Shown here: positions 6,673-15,760 of the stretch, in pieces
Layout: each line of letters begins with the position of its first letter
How positions within the stretch are numbered: position 1 is the stretch's first letter
Made by a program: the position numbers and the translations under genes
NCBI GenBank assembly: GCA_003552625.1
Contig: PUNM01000072.1
Location: 1 to 24,000, forward strand
Length of the DNA stretch: 24,000 nt
From: Ectothiorhodospiraceae bacterium
GTDB taxonomy: Bacteria > Pseudomonadota > Gammaproteobacteria > Nitrococcales > Halorhodospiraceae
Direction of reading: 5' to 3'
Notes under the pieces: model-generated
What the model was told of the DNA's origin: nothing
Databases searched by the model: none
What the model saw: the letters and a program-made list of their open reading frames with translations, nothing else

Positions 6673-8355
6673 CTAGCATGCGGACTTCACCCCGCCGCCC
6701 CGCTCGAGCATCTCTCGAGCTGCATTGCGTTCATGGCTGGTGATCTCCAGCCCGCCGAGCATGCGCGCGATCTCTTCGACCCGCTGTTCGTCATTGAGCG
6801 GCGACACCTGTGTGCGGGTGCCTTCCCCGGTGTCGGTCTTGGCGACGTGGAAGTGATGGCGGGCTTGTGCCGCCACCTGCGGGAGATGGGTGACACACAG
6901 GACCTGGTAGCGGCTGCCGACGGTGCGCAGCAGGCGGCCTACGACTTCTGCAACGGCGCCGCCGATTCCGGCGTCGGCTTCATCGAAGATCAGCGTCGGC
7001 ACCGTAGCCGAGCGGTTAACGGTGGCCACCTGAATGGCCAGGCCGATTCGTGAGAGTTCGCCGCCGGAAGCGATCTTGTTCAGCGGTCCGAGACTTTGCC
7101 CGCTGTTTGTCCGCACCAGCAGTTCGATCCGGTCCAGGCCGTGGACTGACGGGGACGCTTCCGGCTCGAAGGATACCTGCGGCTGGACTTCCGCGCCCTG
7201 CATGCCGAGTTCGCCGAGCAGCTCACCGACCTCGCTCTGAAGCCGTTCCGCCGCCCGTTGCCGCTCCCTGGAGAGCGCTTCAGCCGCATCGCGGTAGCGC
7301 GTCTCCGCCTCTTGTCGCTCCGAGCGCAGCGTGGCAAGGCGCTCCTCCGCATTTGCCAACCGCTCGGCCTCGGCCTGCAGGTGTTCCAGGGTTTCCGGGA
7401 GGTTGTCCACATCCACCCGATGCTTGCGCGCCAGATCCCGAAGGTGCTGGATCTGCTCATCGAGTTCGGCGAGACGCTGTGGGTCGATTTCTAGGCTGTC
7501 CGCAAAGCTGCGCAGCGTATGGCACCCTTCTTCCAGGTGGGCCAGTGCGCTTTGGAAAAGGTCGGCGGCCTCGCCAAGGGCCGGGTCCAGCTCCCGGCGC
7601 TCCTCAAGCTCGCGGATAGCGCGGCCGAGCCGGGTTTGAGCGGCCTCGTCGGCATCGCTGAGCGCCTGCAGCTGCCCCTGCGCCAAGTCGATGAGGGACT
7701 CGGCGTGGGCGAGTCGCTGGTGCTCGGCCTCAAGTGCCGCGATGCCGTCCCGGCTTGGTGCCGCCCGCTCAAGCTCGTCGATCTGGTGGTGCAGCAGGGC
7801 AAGCCGTTCGTCGTAGTCGTCGCTGCTGCCAGCGAGTGTCTCAAGCTCCCGGTCAATGGCTCGCAGCTCCTGGTGAACGGCCGCCACTGCCGAACGCTGC
7901 GCCTCAGTGCCCGCAAAGGCGTCGAGCAGCTCGCGCTGGGCAGCGGGCCGTATCAGCGACTGGTGGGCGTGTTGTCCATGGATATCCACGAGCTGTTCGC
8001 CCAGCTCCCGCAGCATCTGCAGGGCGACGGGCGTTCCGTTGATGAAACCGCGGGAGCGGCCGCTGCCCTGGACCACGCGGCGGACCAGGATCTCATCGTC
8101 GCCGAGGTCGCGCTCATCCAGCCACTGTTGAACCCCCTCGTTGGGGGGGTCGAAGATGGCGCTGACCTCAGCTCGTTCAGCGCCCGGGCGAATGATTTCC
8201 GCATTGGCGCGGTCGCCGAGGCAGAGCGCAAGAGCGTCCAGCAGGATCGATTTGCCCGCGCCCGTCTCACCGGTGAGTGCGTGCATGCCATCGCCAAGTT
8301 CCAGATCGAGCGTATCGACGATGGCGAAATCGCGAATGTGGATCGCTCGCAGCAC
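6673..8355 (-). CDS. recN: DNA repair protein RecN
   Basis: 560 aa with a GTG start and GAGGAGG 5 nt upstream. It has an N-terminal Walker A (LTGETGAGKSILLDAL), a long coiled-coil and a C-terminal SMC signature (ASGGELSRIGLA...LIFDEADAGIGG). Confidence 0.95.
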   Translation of the reverse strand: MLRAIHIRDFAIVDTLDLELGDGMHALTGETGAGKSILLDALALCLGDRANAEIIRPGAERAEVSAIFDPPNEGVQQWLDERDLGDDEILVRRVVQGSGRSRGFINGTPVALQMLRELGEQLVDIHGQHAHQSLIRPAAQRELLDAFAGTEAQRSAVAAVHQELRAIDRELETLAGSSDDYDERLALLHHQIDELERAAPSRDGIAALEAEHQRLAHAESLIDLAQGQLQALSDADEAAQTRLGRAIRELEERRELDPALGEAADLFQSALAHLEEGCHTLRSFADSLEIDPQRLAELDEQIQHLRDLARKHRVDVDNLPETLEHLQAEAERLANAEERLATLRSERQEAETRYRDAAEALSRERQRAAERLQSEVGELLGELGMQGAEVQPQVSFEPEASPSVHGLDRIELLVRTNSGQSLGPLNKIASGGELSRIGLAIQVATVNRSATVPTLIFDEADAGIGGAVAEVVGRLLRTVGSRYQVLCVTHLPQVAAQARHHFHVAKTDTGEGTRTQVSPLNDEQRVEEIARMLGGLEITSHERNAAREMLERGGGVKSAC

Positions 8356-8365
8356 AGTGCCCTCC

Positions 8366-9283
8366 TCAGGCGCCTCCGTGGGCCGGTTGGCTCGGCGGAC
8401 CGCCCCAGCCGAGTTTCGCGCGCAGCAGGTTGAAGTAGCTGTAGCCGGGCGGGTGAACCAGCCGCAAGGGGGTCGGGTGCGCGCTGACCACCAGCCGGCA
8501 CTCTTCGTGGACGGTCAGATCCTTCTGGCTGTCGCAGCTTACCCGGACCTGGTCGATGAAACCCGGGTGGACGGTGATCTCGATACAGCTATTGCCATCG
8601 ACAACCAGGGGGCGGTTGCTCAGCGTGTGCGGGCAAACGGGAACGAGGACCATCGCGTGCAAATTGGGGTGGGCGATCGGGCCGCCTCCGGCCATGGCGT
8701 AAGCCGTGGAGCCGGTAGGGCTGGCGATGATCAGTCCGTCCGAGCGGTGGTCGCTGAGTGGCTCGCCATCGATGCGGGTCGAGAGTTCGATCATCCGCGC
8801 GGTGTTCCAGCGGTGAACCACGACCTCATTGATGGCGACCCCGCCGCCGAGCAGTGCGTCGTCGCTATTGGAACGGATCTCCGCCTGCAGGATAAGCCGC
8901 TCATCAATGACGTGCTCGCCGTCGAGTACGCAGGCAACCTGGTTGAGGTGCTCCGGGGCGACGTCGACGAGAAAGCCCAGCCGTCCCCGGTTGATCCCCA
9001 TCAGCGCGACATCGCTTCGGCCAGCCAGTGACCGGGCGACGTGGATGAGTGTCCCGTCGCCGCCGATCGCGATGACCAGGTCACTCGCCTCGAGCAGCTC
9101 CTGCCGGGGTACCCGCTCCGGATGGCCGGGGCCGTTGGCCTCGACGGAGTCGGCGTCGAGCAGCGCCCTGCACCCGCGGGCGGCGAGAATCGGGGCGAGG
9201 CGCTCGACCAGCTCGATGACAGCCGGGTCCCCCGGCTTGCCGGTGATACCGACGGTGGTGAAGGCGGTGGGGCGAGCATCCAT
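8366..9283 (-). CDS. nadK: NAD kinase
   Basis: ORF 8366..9301 (-). Motifs include LVIAIGGDGTLI, GINRGRLGFL and ASPTGSTAYAMAGGGPI. The start is set at ATG 9283, with GTG 9301 as the alternative. Its stop codon lies inside the recN Shine-Dalgarno sequence. Confidence 0.9.
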   Translation of the reverse strand: MDARPTAFTTVGITGKPGDPAVIELVERLAPILAARGCRALLDADSVEANGPGHPERVPRQELLEASDLVIAIGGDGTLIHVARSLAGRSDVALMGINRGRLGFLVDVAPEHLNQVACVLDGEHVIDERLILQAEIRSNSDDALLGGGVAINEVVVHRWNTARMIELSTRIDGEPLSDHRSDGLIIASPTGSTAYAMAGGGPIAHPNLHAMVLVPVCPHTLSNRPLVVDGNSCIEITVHPGFIDQVRVSCDSQKDLTVHEECRLVVSAHPTPLRLVHPPGYSYFNLLRAKLGWGGPPSQPAHGGA

Positions 9284-9438
9284 GAGCCGGGACGTTACCA
9301 CGTCCGCTGCGAGGCGCCAATTGGCGCCAAGTGCCGCGTTGACGGCCTGTTTGCGCCGTTGCTAGCCTTCACTGGCACCGTCTGGGGAAGAGTGCTATAC
9401 CCAGTTTCCCCCCTTCGCATCCGGTGGTTCGAGGAGCC

Positions 9439-10494
9439 ATGAGCCCGCCGCTCGAGCACGACCTTGGCGAACGCGCGCGGACTCTGCTCCGCGCCCTCGT
9501 CCATTGTTACATCCGTGACGGCAAGCCCGTCGGCTCGCGCAGCCTCGCCCGTGAGGCAGGGCTCGCGGTCAGCCCGGCCACGGTGCGCAACGTCATGGCT
9601 GATCTTGAGCATTACGGCTACATCACTTCACCGCATACTTCTGCGGGGCGAGTACCCACGGATCGCGGCCTGCGCTTCTACGTCGATTGCCTCCTTCAGG
9701 TCCAGCCAATGGGCAGGGAGACGGTCGAGCGATTGCGGCGGCGTCTTGCCCGTGACCGCGAGGAAGGGACGGACGGCCTGGCAGACTCGGCGTCGGACCT
9801 GCTCTCGCAGCTGACGAACCTGGCCGGCGTGGTCACCGTCCCGCGCCGGGAGTGGGCGGTGCTGCGCCATGTGGAATTCCTGCCATTGTCCGAGCGACGG
9901 GTGCTCGCGATCCTGGTGATCAATCAGCGGGACGTGCAGAACCGCGTGCTGCACACGGATCGTGAGTTCGACGAGGCCGAACTGCAGCGCATCGCCAATT
10001 ACCTAAACGCGGAGTTCGCCGGGGTGGAGCTCTCGCGGATTCGGGAGTCGCTGGTCTCTGCCATGCAGGCCGATCAGCAACGCCTCGACGCGCTCATGCG
10101 ATCTGTGGTCGAGGTGGGGGAGAAGGCGTTTGCCGAGGATCGCACGAACAGCGGGTATGTGGTCGCCGGCCAGACGAACCTGATGGACTTTGAGGAACTC
10201 TCCGATGTGGAGCGCCTGCGCGAGCTCTTCGAGGCCTTCACCCAGAAGCGGGATATCCTCCATCTGCTGGATCGTTGCGCACGTGCCGACGGCGTCCAGA
10301 TCTACATCGGCCAGGAGGCCGGCTACGAGGTCTTTGATGGCCTGTCTCTGGTGACCGCCCGTTACGCTGTCGATGGCGAGCCGGCGGGCGTGCTCGGCGT
10401 CATTGGCCCGAGCCGCATGGCTTACGATCGTATCGTCCCCATTGTCGATGTGACCGCCCGATTGGTCGGTTCGGCCTTGAATCCGTCCCGTTAG
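9439..10494 (+). CDS. hrcA: heat-inducible transcription repressor HrcA
   Basis: The sequence ERARTLLRALVHCYIRDGKPVGSRSLA...LAVSPATVRNVMADLEHYGYITSPHTSAGRVPT is the HrcA N-terminal winged helix. It heads hrcA-grpE-dnaK-dnaJ. The start is ATG 9439, with GAGGAG just upstream. GTG 9424 is also possible. Confidence 0.9.
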   Translation: MSPPLEHDLGERARTLLRALVHCYIRDGKPVGSRSLAREAGLAVSPATVRNVMADLEHYGYITSPHTSAGRVPTDRGLRFYVDCLLQVQPMGRETVERLRRRLARDREEGTDGLADSASDLLSQLTNLAGVVTVPRREWAVLRHVEFLPLSERRVLAILVINQRDVQNRVLHTDREFDEAELQRIANYLNAEFAGVELSRIRESLVSAMQADQQRLDALMRSVVEVGEKAFAEDRTNSGYVVAGQTNLMDFEELSDVERLRELFEAFTQKRDILHLLDRCARADGVQIYIGQEAGYEVFDGLSLVTARYAVDGEPAGVLGVIGPSRMAYDRIVPIVDVTARLVGSALNPSR

Positions 10495-10605
10495 ACCCCC
10501 ACACCCGGGCAGTGAGAAGCGGGCGATGGCGATCGCGGCGGTTCGCGCGCCGCCGGTCAGCCTTCGTGCGCATCCGTTTTTTCGGATTGAACAGCGGAGC
10601 GATCA

Positions 10606-11313
10606 ATGAGCGAGAACCAGCGAGATCAAACGGCCGAAGAGCACCAAGAGGGCCGCGCTGCCGCGGAGCAGCAGCCGCGCCCCGAGCAGGCCGAGGGCAA
10701 CACGGCGGAGAGCGCAGCCGTGGAAGGGACCCTGGAGGACGGGGAAGAGCCCGAAGGCGGTGCGACCGAGAGCCTCGACGATCTCGATCCGCAGCAGCTC
10801 CGGGAGCGGATCGAAGAATTGGAATCGGCGCTGGCGCAGGCTGAAGAGAAAGCCCAACAGCACTGGGATCAACTGCTGCGCCTGCGGGCGGAGATGGAGA
10901 ACACGCAGCGCCGCGCCCAGAAGGATGTGGAGCAGGCTAAGCGCCAGGGGCTCGAGAAGGTCGCCAGCGACCTGCTTCAGGTCAAGGATAGCCTGGAGAT
11001 GGGGGTACAGGCGGCCGAGGATGCGGAGGCCGATCGCGAAAAACTGCTCGAGGGCACCCAGCTGACCCTGAAAATGCTCAATCAGCTCTTCGAGCGTTTC
11101 GATATCGAGGAGATCGATCCGGTGGGTGAGCGCTTCAATCCGGACTTCCACGAGGCGATGGCCACCCAGCCGAGCGAGGATCAGGCGCCCAACACGGTGC
11201 TTCACGTCGTGCAAAAGGGCTATCGGCTGCAGCAAGAGCGGCTGCTGCGTCCAGCCCTGGTCGTTGTGGCCAAAAAGAGTGACGGCGGCGGCTCCATTGA
11301 CGAGACCGCCTGA
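10606..11313 (+). CDS. grpE: nucleotide exchange factor GrpE
   Basis: 235 aa. A long acidic N-terminus is followed by GrpE core motifs: RLRAEMENTQRRAQKD, FDIEEIDPVGERFNPDFHEAM, VVQKGYRL..RLLRPALVVV. Confidence 0.95.
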   Translation: MSENQRDQTAEEHQEGRAAAEQQPRPEQAEGNTAESAAVEGTLEDGEEPEGGATESLDDLDPQQLRERIEELESALAQAEEKAQQHWDQLLRLRAEMENTQRRAQKDVEQAKRQGLEKVASDLLQVKDSLEMGVQAAEDAEADREKLLEGTQLTLKMLNQLFERFDIEEIDPVGERFNPDFHEAMATQPSEDQAPNTVLHVVQKGYRLQQERLLRPALVVVAKKSDGGGSIDETA

Positions 11314-11331
11314 GCGTTTGCTCGGGCGCCC

Positions 11332-11358
11332 CTTGAAAAACCACAGCCGACCCCGCAC
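11332..11358 (+). promoter_or_regulatory. sigma32-type heat-shock promoter candidate upstream of dnaK
   Basis: CTTGAAA (11332-11338), a 12-nt spacer, then CCCCGCAC (11351-11358). The consensus is CTTGAAA-N13/14-CCCCATNT, so this spacer is one nt shorter than I recall for E. coli dnaK P1. Confidence 0.45.
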
Positions 11359-11416
11359 CTAGGGGTGCAGAAGGGCAGAGGCCTGAACCGAATTCAACAA
11401 TTGGCAGGAGCAAGCT

Positions 11417-13357
<1,941 letters not shown>

Positions 13358-13365
13358 GCCGCATA

Positions 13366-13399
13366 GCGGCCCGTTGCCGATGCCTGGGGCACGGGCCGC
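13366..13399 (+). terminator. stem-loop 1 in the dnaK-dnaJ intergenic region (attenuator or partial terminator)
   Basis: GCGGCCCGT (13366-13374) and ACGGGCCGC (13391-13399) form a perfect 9-bp stem with a 16-nt loop. It begins 9 nt after the dnaK stop. Confidence 0.45.
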
Positions 13400-13407
13400 T
13401 TGAGCGG

Positions 13408-13445
13408 AGGCGCAGGGTGGTGCATCCTCCTGCGCCTTTGTCGTT
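13408..13445 (+). terminator. stem-loop 2 with a T-rich tail in the dnaK-dnaJ intergenic region
   Basis: AGGCGCAGG (13408-13416) and CCTGCGCCT (13429-13437) form a 9-bp stem, followed by TTGTCGTT. Confidence 0.45.
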
Positions 13446-13472
13446 ACCGGGTGCGCAGACGCGGAGCAGCCT

Positions 13473-14630
13473 ATGGCGAAGCGGGATTACTACGAGGCAC
13501 TGGGGGTTTCCAAGAACGCCTCCGACGCCGAAATCAAGAAGGCCTATCGGCGCATGGCCCAGAAGTACCACCCGGACCGCAATCCGGGGGACGAGGAGGC
13601 CGCCGAGCGTTTCAAGGAGGTCAAGGAGGCCTACGAGGTCCTCTCCGATGCACAGAAGCGGGCCGCCTACGACCAGTTCGGCCACGCCGGAGTCGATCCT
13701 TCGGCCGGAGGTGGCCCGCGCGGCTACGGCGGTGGCGCCGGGGGACCCGGCGGTCCGGACTTCTCCGACATCTTCTCCGACGTTTTTGGGGACATCTTCG
13801 GCTCCGGCGGTGGTCGGGGTGGCCGGGCGCGGGCGTTCCGCGGTGCCGATCTGCGCTACACACTGGAGCTCAGCCTCGAGGATGCCGTGCGCGGGACCGA
13901 GGAGCAGATCCAGGTTCCTACGCACGTCGAGTGTGATGCCTGCGAGGGCTCCGGGTCGAAAGCCGGTTCCAAGCCGCAGACGTGCCCGACGTGTAAAGGG
14001 CATGGCGACGTGCGGGTCCAGCAGGGCTTTTTCTCCATCCAGCAGACTTGCCCGCGCTGCCACGGCGAGGGCTCGGTCGTCACCGATCCCTGTCCGAAGT
14101 GCCGTGGCCGTGGACGGGTCCAGGACCGAAAGACGCTCAACGTCCGGATTCCCGCTGGGGTCGATACGGGCGACCGGATCCGTCTTGCCGGCGAGGGCGA
14201 GCCGGGCGAGCGAGGCGGGCCGCCTGGGGATCTCTACGTGCAGGTCGCTGTCAAGGAGCATGAGTTCTTCGAGCGCGACGGTGCGGACCTGCACTGTGAG
14301 GTGCCCGTGGATATCGTGACGGCCGCTTTGGGCGGCGAGGTGGAGGTGCCGACCCTCGATGGGCGGGTGAACCTGCGCATCCCGCCGGGCACCCAGCCCA
14401 ACCGGGTCTTCCGGATGCGCGGCAAGGGTGTCAAGCCTGTACGGGGAAACCGACAGGGGGATCTTCTCTGCCGTATCCATGTGGAAACGCCGGTCAACCT
14501 GACCAAGCGTCAGCGTGAGCTCCTTGAGGAGTTCCAGCAGACCCTGAAGAACACCGGCGGTAAGCATAACCCGCACACCTCCTCCTGGTTGGATAAGGTC
14601 AAGAGCTTTATCGAGGAGTGGCGGCTGTGA
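13473..14630 (+). CDS. dnaJ: molecular chaperone DnaJ (Hsp40)
   Basis: 385 aa. It has a J-domain with HPDRNPGD, a G/F-rich linker and four CxxCxGxG zinc-finger repeats ([32 protein letters not shown]). Confidence 0.97.
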   Translation: MAKRDYYEALGVSKNASDAEIKKAYRRMAQKYHPDRNPGDEEAAERFKEVKEAYEVLSDAQKRAAYDQFGHAGVDPSAGGGPRGYGGGAGGPGGPDFSDIFSDVFGDIFGSGGGRGGRARAFRGADLRYTLELSLEDAVRGTEEQIQVPTHVECDACEGSGSKAGSKPQTCPTCKGHGDVRVQQGFFSIQQTCPRCHGEGSVVTDPCPKCRGRGRVQDRKTLNVRIPAGVDTGDRIRLAGEGEPGERGGPPGDLYVQVAVKEHEFFERDGADLHCEVPVDIVTAALGGEVEVPTLDGRVNLRIPPGTQPNRVFRMRGKGVKPVRGNRQGDLLCRIHVETPVNLTKRQRELLEEFQQTLKNTGGKHNPHTSSWLDKVKSFIEEWRL

Positions 14631-15463
14631 CCCTTGGGATCGGCATCATTGGCGCCGCTGGCCGTATGGGCCGGATGCTGGTGGAGGCCAGTCAGCAACT
14701 GGATGGTTTCCACCTCGCAGCGGCCTGTGACCGGGCTGGGGGGAGTGCCGTCGGTCGGGACGCGGGGGAGCTGGCCGGTCTGGGTGCCCTCGGCGTGCAG
14801 GTGGCGGAAAAGGTGACGGAGGCCGTGCAGGCTGCGGACGTGGTCATCGACTTCAGCCTGCCCGATGCGACGGAGCGAGTAGCGAGCGCCTGCGCCGATG
14901 CAGGTCGCCCCCTTGTGCTCGGCACCACCGGTCTCGGGCCTGAGCAGCAGGCCGCCGTGGACCGCCTTGCCGAGCAAGTGGCGGTCGTGCAGGCGGCCAA
15001 CTATTCGACAGGCGTAACCCTTCTCACCGCGCTAGTCGAGCAGGCGGCACACGCGCTCGGCGACTCGGCGGATGTGGAGATCATCGAGGCTCACCATCGG
15101 CACAAGGTGGATGCGCCGTCGGGGACGGCGCTGCGTCTCGGTGAGGCGGTCGCCGGGGTGCTTGGTCGGGATCTTCACGAGCACGCGGTCTATGGTCGCG
15201 AGGGACAGGAGGGGCCGCGGGATCGCCGGACGATCGGCTTCGAGACCATTCGTGCCGGGGATATCGTCGGCGAGCATACCGTGCTCTTCGCGGGGGACGG
15301 GGAGCGTCTGGAGCTTACCCACAAGGCGTCGAGGCGTTCCACATTCGCTTTCGGGGCGTACCGAGCCGCAATGTGGGCATCGCAACAACCCCCGGGGCGT
15401 TACGACATGCGGGATGTGCTGGGAATCGCTGGATCCGCGGCCGGGATAGAGTCACCACGGTAG
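14627..15463 (+). CDS. dapB: 4-hydroxy-tetrahydrodipicolinate reductase
   Basis: ORF 14618..15463. It has the [12 protein letters not shown] Rossmann motif and [16 protein letters not shown] prefer the GTG at 14627, which forms a GTGA overlap with the dnaJ stop and has GAGGAG 8 nt upstream. GTG 14618 is also possible. Confidence 0.9.
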   Translation: MTLGIGIIGAAGRMGRMLVEASQQLDGFHLAAACDRAGGSAVGRDAGELAGLGALGVQVAEKVTEAVQAADVVIDFSLPDATERVASACADAGRPLVLGTTGLGPEQQAAVDRLAEQVAVVQAANYSTGVTLLTALVEQAAHALGDSADVEIIEAHHRHKVDAPSGTALRLGEAVAGVLGRDLHEHAVYGREGQEGPRDRRTIGFETIRAGDIVGEHTVLFAGDGERLELTHKASRRSTFAFGAYRAAMWASQQPPGRYDMRDVLGIAGSAAGIESPR

Positions 15464-15631
15464 CCCCATCGATTCCTGCTCGTAGGTCCGCCGCATAATC
15501 TCGTGGGCGTGCCGCTCAGCGGTCTCGCGGTTGGTGTAACCTTCGCCGCGAGCGATCGGGCTACCGTCGCCGCGGAGGACCACGAAGGCCCAGTCACCGC
15601 TGTCTTCCTCCCGCCACAGTTCGACACGCAT
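15452..15631 (-). CDS. small YegP/DUF1508-like protein (59 aa), not in the supplied ORF track
   Basis: Hand translation of the minus strand gives [59 protein letters not shown]-stop. The pattern W.F.L....G..IA.GEGY......A resembles the DUF1508 repeat. Third-position GC is high. GAGG lies 3 nt before the ATG. The 3' end overlaps the dapB 3' end convergently by 12 nt. Confidence 0.45.
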   Translation of the reverse strand: MRVELWREEDSGDWAFVVLRGDGSPIARGEGYTNRETAERHAHEIMRRTYEQESMGLPW

Positions 15632-15760
15632 CGGCCTCGTGCTCTTTTCGGTGCGTTTTTGCGCTGTTTCTTTAATCGGTAGCAGACAGCGCGGCTGTTT
15701 CCAGAGGCGATGGGCCGCACGGGGGCTCGTGGGCCCCCGCGGGGGCGTGGGGGCGCAGGG

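Noticed and set aside
7034-9365. Plus-strand ORFs over recN and nadK (for example 7519..8433, 8141..9031 and 8829..9365).
   Set aside because: They lie antisense to well-supported recN and nadK and have low-complexity translations.
9373-9378. TGGCAC resembling the sigma54 -24 element upstream of hrcA.
   Set aside because: No TTGC(A/T) -12 element follows at the required 5-nt spacing. The downstream sequence is CGTCTGGGGA.
9372-9398. A CIRCE operator upstream of hrcA.
   Set aside because: Only the right arm is good (GAGTGCTAT, 8 of 9 positions). The left arm CTGGCACCG matches TTAGCACTC at 5 of 9. This is too degenerate to call as a feature, so it is discussed only as a finding.
10606-10800. 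The long Glu/Asp/Gln/Ala-rich N-terminal extension of GrpE as a distinct feature.
   Set aside because: The GrpE N-terminus is naturally variable and disordered. Acidic enrichment fits a halophile proteome and does not point to a separate function.
15712-15760. A G-quadruplex-type motif (GGG-N6-GGGGG-N5-GGG-N7-GGGGG-N3-GGGGG-N4-GGG) and the palindrome GCCCCCGCGGGGGC, just downstream of the 1134-aa gene stop.
   Set aside because: Such G-runs are expected by chance at this GC content. The G-rich strand is the non-transcribed strand for the neighbouring genes. The palindrome lacks a U-tract. I have no evidence of function.
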